The notes under the pieces were generated by a model. It did not search any database. It saw nothing but the letters and a program-made list of their open reading frames with translations, and was not told the DNA's origin. From an uncultured delta proteobacterium (GTDB taxonomy: Bacteria; Desulfobacterota; Desulfobacteria; Desulfobacterales; Desulfosalsimonadaceae), in assembly GCA_963826785.1 (NCBI GenBank), contig CAWGYD010000004.1, positions 160,001-224,000 on the forward strand: DNA of 64,000 nt. The letters run 5' to 3'. This document shows, piece by piece, positions 1 to 8,826 of the stretch; the first letter of the stretch is position 1, and each line of letters opens with the position of its first letter. The translations under genes were made by a program, and so were the position numbers.

Positions 1-1
1 C

Positions 2-220
2 CCGGCCCACCGGATCGCCATACCCGTCCAAAAAGACGATGTCGATGTTGTGCTCCAGCGCCAGGACCACCGCCTGGGTGGAGAGCATGGCCTTGTTGGT
101 GAGGATGATGGACTCGACCTTCAAGGGGGATATGTCGAACCGCTTCTCCTCATGCTTGAGGCGGAATATCCCGTCTTTCTGGGTGATCAGGGTGCCGGGG
201 GTGTTGATGACCAACTGCAT
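2..220 (-). CDS. cas1: CRISPR-associated endonuclease Cas1, N-terminal part (runs off window start)
   Basis: Manual reverse translation from ATG at 220: MQLVINTPGTLITQKDGIFRLKHEEKRFDISPLKVESIILTNKAMLSTQAVVLALEHNIDIVFLDGYGDPVGR, matching the Cas1 N-terminal pattern (LST..V..ALEHNIDIVFLD..G.P.GR). GAGGAGG RBS at ~234-240. Not in the ORF track. Confidence 0.88.
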   Translation of the reverse strand, partial: MQLVINTPGTLITQKDGIFRLKHEEKRFDISPLKVESIILTNKAMLSTQAVVLALEHNIDIVFLDGYGDPVGR

Positions 221-574
221 GATTGCCTTGTTCCCTCCTCAGGTGTGGACGGCAAATTGAGCCCTGGGGAAACCGGAACCGATGGGTGCATGGGCCGCCT
301 GCCCGGGGGGATTGCTGGATGCGTTATAAAGATCGTATTTTGAAACCGGAACCGGATAAATTATGAGATGTTGATACTGAAATTTGGCGAGAAATTCAAG
401 TAAATATCAGATTTTATGTTCATAAAAAGCGCAACAGGTGGATGAAAATATTGCAATTTAGCGGATTCGGGTGGTATCAGTCACGTCCGGCGTGCGACAG
501 TTAGACTTTTGATACCGAAAGTGACGAGATGCATTATTACAGGCGAGTAGCCGAAGCCGGGTGCCCCCGAGGCA

Positions 575-1153
575 TCAATTCCGATCATCGGAATCATAGA
601 GGATGCAGCCCCAGAGATAGAGGCTGCCGGGTTCGATCACCCGGGGGAGGTGTTCGTTTCGGCGGTGCCAGGGTTTATACATGGCGACGGCCAGCTCGCT
701 GCAGTAGTATCGATTGGGGGTATTGATGCCGATGGTGCCGAGAAAATCGTACTTTTTGCCCACGGCAGCCCGGGCGAAGGCCAGTGCCCGGTCGCGGTTG
801 TCGTCGGTGGCCCACCGGGGACGGATCACCAGGATGCGGTGGGATTTGTTGATGAAGTCCGCCAACGGTGTGGTATGGACGCCGGACGCTTCGGCTTCGA
901 TGATTTGCATCCGGTCCAGATCCAGGATTCCGGCATGGCTTAAGGGAATGTTGGTGGCATTGGCCACAAAGGTGTCGGACACGTGGTAGCCGCGGGTCAC
1001 CAGCCAGTCGCCGTTTTGGGCCACTTTCAGGATTTCGGTTTCAAATGTTTGATTCTGGGTCAGATGGATTTTTTCGGGGGACGGTTGTACGATGGGCCGG
1101 CCCAGGCAGGCGGCAATGCTCAGGCAGAGGATCAAAAGGAGTATTTTCTTCAT
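575..1153 (-). CDS. YiiX/YebB-like permuted papain-like (NlpC/P60) lipoprotein
   Basis: Lipobox signal MKKILLLILCLSIAAC; GDWL, SHAG, YDFLG and YYCSELA motifs. Start moved from 1240 to the signal-peptide ATG. Confidence 0.8.
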   Translation of the reverse strand: MKKILLLILCLSIAACLGRPIVQPSPEKIHLTQNQTFETEILKVAQNGDWLVTRGYHVSDTFVANATNIPLSHAGILDLDRMQIIEAEASGVHTTPLADFINKSHRILVIRPRWATDDNRDRALAFARAAVGKKYDFLGTIGINTPNRYYCSELAVAMYKPWHRRNEHLPRVIEPGSLYLWGCILYDSDDRN

Positions 1154-1282
1154 GCTTTGCTCCGAATATGTGAAGAAATACTTGAAATCAGCAACTTTTG
1201 TCAGATAATCGTGGATGGAACGGATTGTCAAGTCAAACACGATAATTACCGGGATCTCTGATCGAAACGAAAATCTAATTCC

Positions 1283-1864
1283 ATGCCAGTGACGATGCCG
1301 GAAAATGCGATTTCAAATGTGGTGGGATTTGACGATGCCCCTTTTGAGCGGTCTTATCGCGGCCGGGTCAAAGTGGTGGGGGCGGTGTTTGCGGGGCTTC
1401 GGTTTGACGGCGTGCTGGTCGGGGATGTCGAACGGGATGGTGCGGATGCGGCGGACCGGCTGGCCGGAATGATCGAACAGTCCAAATTCTACGAACACAT
1501 CCGGCTGGTCATGCTGCAGGGGATCGCCCTGGCGGGATTTAACGTGGTGAACGTTTTTGCCCTTCATGAACGGCTCAATCTGCCGGTTTTAGTGGTGGCG
1601 CGCAAACAGCCGGACATGGATGCCGTCCGGGATGCGCTGCTGAACAAGATCCCCGGGGGAAGTGCCAAGTGGGCGATGATTGAGCGGCTGGGGGAAATGG
1701 AAGCGGTCGGATCCGTGTATGTCCAGCGGATGGGTCTGACGAAAGCCTGTGCGGAAAAAACAGTGGCACGGTTTGCCGTGCACAGCCATATCCCGGAGCC
1801 GCTGCGCGCAGCCCACATGATCGCCACCGCCCTGGTCGATGGACAGAGCCGGGGCAATCCATAA
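1283..1864 (+). CDS. DUF99/UPF0215 family protein (endonuclease V-like fold)
   Basis: VVGFDDAPF, DGxDA, LQGIALAGFNVV and PEPLRAAH motifs. Confidence 0.85.
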   Translation: MPVTMPENAISNVVGFDDAPFERSYRGRVKVVGAVFAGLRFDGVLVGDVERDGADAADRLAGMIEQSKFYEHIRLVMLQGIALAGFNVVNVFALHERLNLPVLVVARKQPDMDAVRDALLNKIPGGSAKWAMIERLGEMEAVGSVYVQRMGLTKACAEKTVARFAVHSHIPEPLRAAHMIATALVDGQSRGNP

Positions 1865-1898
1865 GGCCGCATCAAACCTGTCTTCTCCGGACAGGTCA

Positions 1899-2300
1899 TC
1901 AGATGCTGTCAAATTTTTCCTTCTGTTCCTTGCATTTGATACAGCGGATGGCAAACGGGCGGATTTCCAGTCGGGCCGGCCGGATCCAGCGGCCGCAATC
2001 CATGCAGCGGCCATAATCCCCGCTTTCCATCCGCTTGAGGGCCTCCTCGATCTGGTCGAGTTCATTTGCTTTTTTCCGGACGAAGGCAAGCGCGTTGTTT
2101 TCGCGAAGCTCCTCCAGCGCCCGGTCGCCGTTTTCCCTCATCAGGTCGACGATATCCTGGTGTTTCTGCTTGGCTTCGCGGTCCATGTCATGAAGTATTT
2201 CGTTCCAGAGGCGTGTCTTCCGATCAATGAGGTTCTGGCGGATGACTCCGCGTTCCTCCGGGGTTATCGGCCGCCTGATGATGTTATTTTCTTCCCCCAT
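1899..2300 (-). CDS. TraR/DksA family C4 zinc-finger transcription factor
   Basis: ALKRMESGDYGRCMDCG...RLEIRPFAIRCIKC; GGAGG RBS before ATG at 2300. Confidence 0.88.
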   Translation of the reverse strand: MGEENNIIRRPITPEERGVIRQNLIDRKTRLWNEILHDMDREAKQKHQDIVDLMRENGDRALEELRENNALAFVRKKANELDQIEEALKRMESGDYGRCMDCGRWIRPARLEIRPFAIRCIKCKEQKEKFDSI

Positions 2301-2436
2301 ATCGCCACCTCCGTTTGCATTAATCCGATCTGATAAAAGCATAATGCGCATTGCGATAATTATCAATCAGTGGGCCATGAAAGAAGATTCACTGCTTGTC
2401 ATGGTGGGGCCGCCACTGCCATGCCGGGGCGATGAA

Positions 2437-2853
2437 TTATTCTCCAATAATTTTCACCAGCACCCGTTTTTTCCTTCTGCCGTCGAACTCGCCGTAGAAG
2501 ATCTGCTCCCAGGTGCCGAAATCGAGCCGGCCTTCCGTAACCGCCACCACCACCTCCCGTCCCATGACCTGGCGCTTCATGTGGGCGTCGGCATTGTCCT
2601 CGCCGACATTGTGCCGGTATTTGGAAACCGGTTCATGGGGGGCGAGTTTTTCCAGCCAGACCTCGTAGTCGTGGTGCAGTCCGGATTCATCGTCGTTGAT
2701 GAACACCGATGCGGTGATGTGCATGGCATTGACCAGGACCAGCCCTTCCCGGACGCCGCTTTCGGCCAGACACTGGTTCACCTGGGGGGTGATGTTGATG
2801 AAGGCCCGGCGGGTGGGAACATTGAAAAACAGCTCTTTTCTGAAACTTTTCAT
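2437..2853 (-). CDS. yjbQ: YjbQ/UPF0047 family protein
   Basis: [17 protein letters not shown] and [13 protein letters not shown] motifs. Confidence 0.9.
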   Translation of the reverse strand: MKSFRKELFFNVPTRRAFINITPQVNQCLAESGVREGLVLVNAMHITASVFINDDESGLHHDYEVWLEKLAPHEPVSKYRHNVGEDNADAHMKRQVMGREVVVAVTEGRLDFGTWEQIFYGEFDGRRKKRVLVKIIGE

Positions 2854-3154
2854 GGAGGCACCGAATCTGATAAGGGTTTATTCGATCTGTTTTTTTGAAA
2901 TTAACGGATCTGCGGGCGACTGTCAAATTGAGTGCAGGTCTTTCTTTATTTTGCCAGGCATTCCCGGGCCGTTTTCCATTTCAAAAGGGTGCAATGCTGT
3001 TTGCCTTCGTCAAATAAAGGATTGCGCCGGAAGCCGGATTGTTCCATAACATTTTTCCATTGAAAAAAACGGCTTTGTTTTTATATTTGTGCCTTTGTAT
3101 GCTGCCGTGTGCCTGTGAAGACAGCGGCCCCCGAATCGCAAGTCAGATAGTGAT

Positions 3155-6100
3155 ATGACCCTCGAAAATCGAATCCGGAAAATCCAGAGAAAAATCCGAA
3201 AGGCCATGGCCGCGGATCGTCCATCTCTTGAGCCGGGAGATCGGCCGGATCCGGTCGGCCGTGTCCTCGGGCCGGCAGGGCGAAAAGGCGCTGGAAGATC
3301 GCCTGGACAAGCTTGAACAGCGGATCCTTGCCGGCATCGACCGGAGGCGGCGGCGGGAATCATCCCGGCCGGAAATGCGCTACCCGGAAAATCTGCCCAT
3401 ACTGTCCAAAAAAGATCAAATCATCGATGCGATTTCAAAGCACCAGGTGATCATCGTTTCCGGTGAGACCGGGTCGGGCAAGACCACCCAGCTGCCCAAG
3501 TTCTGCATCGAAGCGGGGCGGGGGATCGACGGGATCATCGGATGCACCCAGCCCCGGCGCATCGCCGCCATCACCGTTGCCGGCCGCATCGCCCAGGAAC
3601 TGGAGGAGGCGCCGGGAAATTCGGTGGGCTACAAGATCCGGTTTCAGGATACGTTCAACCGGGACCGGTCTTTCATCAAGCTGATGACCGACGGCATCCT
3701 GCTGGCCGAGGCCAACCGGGACCGGTTTTTAAACGAATATGACACCCTGATCATCGATGAAGCCCACGAGCGCAGCTTGAATATCGATTTCATCCTGGGC
3801 ATGCTCCGGCAGCTGACCCGGAAACGGCCCGACCTGAAGCTGATCATCACCTCGGCCACCATCGACACGGAAAAATTTTCCAAAGCGTTTGAGGACGCGC
3901 CCATCATCGAGGTGTCCGGCCGGATGTACCCGGTGGATGTCCGGTATGCCGATGACGGGGCAAACGATGACGACACCTATGTGGACAAGGCGGCGGATGC
4001 GGCAGACCGCGTGACGGCGGAAAGCCGGTCCGGGGATGTGCTGATCTTCATGCCCACGGAGCAGGACATCCGGGACACCTGCGAGATCCTTTCCGGCCGC
4101 AGATACCCGCACACTACGGTTTTGCCCCTGTACGCGAGGCTTTCCGCAGCCGACCAGATGAAGGTATTTTCCCCCCAGCGGGGCCGCAAGATCGTGGTGG
4201 CCACCAACGTGGCGGAAACCTCGATCACGGTTCCGGGGATCCGCTACGTGATCGACACGGGCCTGGCCCGCATTTCCCGGTATGAGCCGCGCTCCCGCAC
4301 CACCTGCCTGCCCGTCCTGCCTGTTTCCAGGAGCAGCGCGGATCAGCGCAAGGGGCGCTGCGGCCGGGTGCAAAATGGGATCTGCATCCGCCTGTTTACA
4401 CAAGAGGACTACGAAAACCGGCCCCTGTACACGCTTCCTGAAATCCTGCGCGCCAACCTGTCGGATGTCATTCTTCGCATGATCGCCTTGAAGCTGGGGG
4501 ATATCGAAGATTTTCCGTTCATCGATCCCCCCCCGGCCCGCCAGATCAAAGACGGGTTTGATCTTCTCTTTGAACTGGGAGCCATTGAAAAGCAGGGGAA
4601 AAATACGATATTGACCCGCCGGGGCCGCCTGATGGCGAAAATTCCCCTGGACCCCCGGCTGTCCCGGATGCTGATCGAATCCAGGGAGCGCGGCTGCCTG
4701 GCCCAGGTGGTGGTGATCGCATCTGCCCTGACCATCGGCGATCCCCGGGAACGCCCCGAAAACTTCGAACAGGCAGCGGATGCGGCCCATGCCCCATTCA
4801 AGGACCCGGCATCTGATTTTGTCACCCTGTACAATATCTGGAAGGCCTGTTTCGGGGAGCCGAACCTGGAGAAAAGCACTTCCATCCGCGCGGCCCGGCT
4901 CAAGCAGTTCTGCAGAAAGAATTACATGTCATTCAAGCGGATGCGGGAGTGGCAGGATATTTTCGAGCAGATCACCGGCATCCTGGCCGAATCCGGCATG
5001 GACCTGAAAGCGGCAGGGGCCGCAAAGCCGTCTGCGGAAAAGCAGGGGGTCTATTCCGACCTGTACACGGCCGTTCACAAGTCGATTTTGAGCGGCTTTT
5101 TATCCAATATCGCCCTCAAGAAGGAAAAAAACCTTTACCAGGCCGCCAAGCAGCGCACGGCCATGATCTTTCCCGGCTCGGGGCTGTTCAACAAGGCCGG
5201 CACCTGGATCGTGGCCGCCGAGATGGTGGAGACCTCCCGTCTGTTCGCCCGGACAGCGGCCAATATCGATTCCGGATGGCTGGAGGAACTGGGCCGGGAG
5301 CAGTGCAGGTATGCCTGGCTGAATCCCCGGTGGGAGAAGAACAGGGAGGCCGTGGTGGCCGATGAGCAGGTCAGCCTGTTCGGGCTGGTCATCATTTCCG
5401 GGCGCACGGTCCTGTATGGTCCCCATGACCCGAAGACCGCAACGGAGATTTTCATCCGCAATGCCCTGATCGAGGGGGATGTCAAGTTCGAGCTTCCGTT
5501 TATGACCGCAAACCGGGCCCTGATCGAGGACGTAAAGGACATGGAAAGCCGGGTCCGGCGGCGGGATTTGCTGATTTCAGAAGCCGCGCTGTTTGAATTT
5601 TACGACCAACGCCTGGAAAACGTCTATGACATGCCGGGCCTGAAAAAAAAGATCCGGGAGGCGGGGTCGGATGCTTTTTTGCGCATGGGTGAAGCAGATG
5701 TCCTGGCGGCGCAGCCCGATCCGGAGCGCTTGCTGCAGTTTCCGGACACCGTGAACCTGGGCGAAAATCAGTTCGCCTGCACCTATCGCTTCCTGCCGGG
5801 GGAGAAGGAAGACGGGGTGACCATCCGGATGCCCAAATCTGCCGTCTCCTCCGTGCCCGCGGACACCGCCGACTGGATCGTGCCAGGCCTGCTGGAGGAG
5901 AAAATCACCGCCCTGATCCGGTCCCTGCCCAAGTCCCGGCGAAAGGCCCTGGTGCCGATTGGCGACACCGTGGCGGTGATCATGGAACAGATGCCCAAGT
6001 ACCAGGGCTCCCTGCTGGCAACGCTCAGCGCTTTTATATTCAAGCGCTTCAAGGTGGATATCCCCGTATCCGAGTGGAACACCGATGAACTGGCCGACCA

Positions 6101-7121
6101 CCTGAAGCTTCGCTTTTCCATCACCGATGAAGCCGGCAGGGAACTGGTCAGCGGCCGGGACCGGTCCGTACTGAGGCAGGTTGGCGGACCTGCGCCCGCG
6201 CCTGCCGGATTTGACCGGGAGCGGCGGCAGTGGGAACGCGAAGGCCTCACCGGGTGGGACTTCCCGGACCTGCCGGAAGTCATCCTGGTTTCACCGAAAA
6301 AGCGGGAAAGCTTTCCCGTGTATCCGGCGCTTACGGATGTGGACGGCCGTGTCGACCTGCGCCTGTTCACGGACAAGGCCGAGGCGCAATGCGCCCATCC
6401 CGAAGGCGTGGCGCGCCTGTTTTCCCTCTATTTTGCAAAGGATCTTAAGTTTTTGCATAAAAACCTGGCCGTGGGGCCGGACATGGCCGCTGCGGCCCGC
6501 CATTTCGGAGGAAAGACCCAGGTCAGGGACCGGCTGTATGATCGGGTAATCCGGGATCTGTTTGCCGTCAACATCCGCACGAAAAAATTATTTCTCGACC
6601 ATGCCCAATTCTGCGTCAACCGGATTCTGCCGGCCGGCCAGGCCTTGACGGATGCGGTTTTTCCGGTGATCGGCGCCTGCCATGAAGCCTACGCGTCCAT
6701 TTCCGCATTGCAGCGCGTGTATTTGAAAAGCGAGGCGATCCAGGCCTTTCTGGGCGAACTGGCACAAGGGCTGTCCCAGCTGGTGCCGCCGCATTTCATT
6801 GATCTGTACGATGGAAAAGAAATGGCGCGCCTGGTAAGGTATGCAAAAGCGGTCCGGCTGCGGGCCGAGCGGGGGGTATCCGACATGGACAAGGACCGCA
6901 GAAAAGCGGCCCGGGTGAGTCCGTTTGCCTCCGGTTTACATGACCTGGTGGACTCCCTTGATGCATCGGCCTCGGATGAAAAGCGTGATGCCGTAGAGGA
7001 ATTCTTCTGGATGCTCGAGGAGTACAAGGTCTCGGTATTCGCCCAGGAACTCAAGACCGCCTTTCCCGTCTCCCCCCGGAAACTGGCCGACCTGGAGGCG
7101 AAAATCCGGCGGATGATTTGA
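3155..7121 (+). CDS. hrpA: ATP-dependent RNA helicase HrpA (apparent +1 frameshift near 3220-3228)
   Basis: GETGSGKTTQ, DEAH, SAT and QRKGRCGR motifs, plus C-terminal WMLEEYKVSVFAQ. ATG at 3155 reads MTLENRIRKIQRKIRKAMAADRPS one base out of frame with the main ORF 3228-7121. Confidence 0.93.
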
Positions 7122-7150
7122 TGGCGCAGATTCTTGTTTGTCGCAGATTC

Positions 7151-7228
7151 TGGATGCCCGCCTTCGCGGGCATGACAATAATTATATCATTGGCCATTAC
7201 CCGTCATGCCCGCGGAGGCGGGCATCTA
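7151..7228. repeat. Inverted pair of CGTC-type REP-like palindromes
   Basis: TGGATGCCCGCCTTCGCGGGCATGAC (7151-7176) and CGTCATGCCCGCGGAGGCGGGCATCTA (7202-7228); half copy GCAGGCGGGCATCCAG at 7563-7578. Confidence 0.85.
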
Positions 7229-7237
7229 TGATTACAT

Positions 7238-7537
7238 TCATTGCCTGATAACTCCGTACAAATCTTTCCATTCAGGATTCTTTTCCTCGATCAGCCGCAT
7301 TTTCCAGTCACGATTCCACTTCTTGATCCTTTTTTCCCGGGTGATTGCCGACTCTGCATTCTGGTGAACCTCATAATAAACCAGATTCACCACATTATAC
7401 TTTTCCGTAAACCCCTTCACGAAATGTTGTTTGTGCTGCCAGACGCGCTTGAGCAGATCAGAGGTAACCCCGACGTACAAAGTGCCATTTTTTCTGCTGG
7501 CTAAAATGTAAACGTAGAACTGTTTTTCATATTCCAT
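7238..7537 (-). CDS. Small standalone GIY-YIG nuclease family protein
   Basis: FYVYILASRKNGTLYVGVTSDL..RVWQHK...AITREKRIKKWNRDWK..LIE..NP.W.DL. Confidence 0.92.
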   Translation of the reverse strand: MEYEKQFYVYILASRKNGTLYVGVTSDLLKRVWQHKQHFVKGFTEKYNVVNLVYYEVHQNAESAITREKRIKKWNRDWKMRLIEEKNPEWKDLYGVIRQ

Positions 7538-7617
7538 TCTAAACCGCCACCCCACCCATCATGCAGGCGGGCATCCAGATAATCCGCCATCATTCAATTG
7601 GCGGCATCAATTCGCAA

Positions 7618-8463
7618 TTATCCGTTTAGATTCCAATATTCCGAGAGTTTTAAGCAACCGTCAGCCTCCTCATCCCGGCCCCGCTTTCGGCATCCGGCCG
7701 CATAGATCCGGCATTTTTGCACCAGCATGGAAATGGCGGCCAGCCGCTGGGATTTTGACAAGATGCCGCTTCGCAATATTTTATCGATGCTGTAAATGCG
7801 GTATTTGTCCAGGCAGGGGGCGGCGGAAAGCTGGTCTTCGTGGCCGCCCTGTTTGACAATCAGGGGTTCGTCGATCAGGTGCACCGGGTGGTGCGCCGAT
7901 ATCCGCAGCCACAGGTCGTAATCCTCGCAGGCCGGCATGGATTCGTCAAACAGTCCCGCCTGATCAAACAGGGATCTTCGCACCATGACCGCAGATGGGC
8001 TGACCAGGCACAGCTCCAGTGAAGGTTCAAATATCATCCCGGAGGGCTTGGCATGCCTGTTTTTAGGATTCACCCGCCGGCCCCGGCGGACCCAGATCTC
8101 CTGGGTCTGGCAGATCAGGGCTTCCGGGTGGTCATCGAAAAAGGAGACCTGCCGGGACAACTTGCCCGGCAGCCAGTAATCGTCTGAATCGAGAAAGGCG
8201 ATCAGTTCCCCGGAGGAAGCTGCAATCCCGTGGTTCCGGGCGGCGGATACCCCCCTGTTGGGCTGGGTGATGACGGTGACGCGCTCCCCATAGGCGGAAA
8301 GCAGCTGCGGTGTTTCGTCGGTGGAGCCGTCATCGACAATGAGGAGTTCAAAATCGGTATCATCCTGCTCGAAAACCGAATCAATGGCCCGGGGAAGCGC
8401 CCAGGCCCGGTTGTGAGCGGGGATGATAACAGAGACGCGGGGGGAACGGCGGGTTGAGGGCAA
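7618..8463 (-). CDS. Glycosyltransferase family 2
   Basis: VSVIIPAHN, VDDGSTD, GVSAARN, FLDSDD and EDYDLWLR motifs; TTG start uncertain. Confidence 0.9.
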   Translation of the reverse strand: MPSTRRSPRVSVIIPAHNRAWALPRAIDSVFEQDDTDFELLIVDDGSTDETPQLLSAYGERVTVITQPNRGVSAARNHGIAASSGELIAFLDSDDYWLPGKLSRQVSFFDDHPEALICQTQEIWVRRGRRVNPKNRHAKPSGMIFEPSLELCLVSPSAVMVRRSLFDQAGLFDESMPACEDYDLWLRISAHHPVHLIDEPLIVKQGGHEDQLSAAPCLDKYRIYSIDKILRSGILSKSQRLAAISMLVQKCRIYAAGCRKRGRDEEADGCLKLSEYWNLNG

Positions 8464-8467
8464 GTCG

Positions 8468-8781
8468 ACACCCCCCTAACCCCCCTCGAGGGGGGAATTT
8501 TTTGGGGGTCGCCCATGCCGGCATTCCTCCTCGAGAGGGGTACTTTTTGTGGAGAGCCCGTAGCTGAATCCCTTCTCGAGGGGGGATTCTTTTGGGGGCA
8601 ACCCATGCCGGAATCTCTCTTTAAGAGGAAAATCTTTTTCGGATAACCCATGCCTGAATCCCCCCTTGAGAGGGATAGCTTTTGCGGAGAGCCCGTAGCT
8701 GAATCCTCCCCTGAGCGGGGTGCCTTTTATGGAAAACCCATACCTGAATCCCCCCTTGAGGGGGGAATTAAAGGGGGGTGT
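8468..8781. repeat. Tandem array of seven 45-bp palindromic units bounded by inverted ends ACACCCCCC / GGGGGGTGT
   Basis: CCCCCTyGAGGGGGG-type cores recur with their GAG ending at 8490, 8535, 8580, 8625, 8670, 8715 and 8760 (exact 45-bp period). Confidence 0.92.
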
Positions 8782-8817
8782 ATCCGGATGCCGATAAACA
8801 GGAATACTTCGTATCAT
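8476..8817 (-). CDS. Possible 113-aa ORF of 15-aa repeats (xPLKGGFxYGLSxKx) encoded by the 45-bp array
   Basis: ATG about 10 nt after the upstream stop; open through the array; in frame with the GT2 gene across one TAG. Expression unproven. Confidence 0.3.
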   Translation of the reverse strand: MIRSIPVYRHPDTPPFNSPLKGGFRYGFSIKGTPLRGGFSYGLSAKAIPLKGGFRHGLSEKDFPLKERFRHGLPPKESPLEKGFSYGLSTKSTPLEEECRHGRPPKNSPLEGG

Positions 8818-8826
8818 GGCCGGCCA

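Noticed and set aside
238..353. Degenerate CRISPR repeats ending in GAAAC 73 bp apart upstream of cas1
   Set aside because: Similarity lies after GAAAC, not in the ~30 nt before it, and there are only two copies.
8468..8781. CRISPR array interpretation of the 45-bp repeats, prompted by the nearby cas1
   Set aside because: Cores are degenerate, linkers are homologous to one another and reused, and the 45-bp period is too short for repeat plus spacer.
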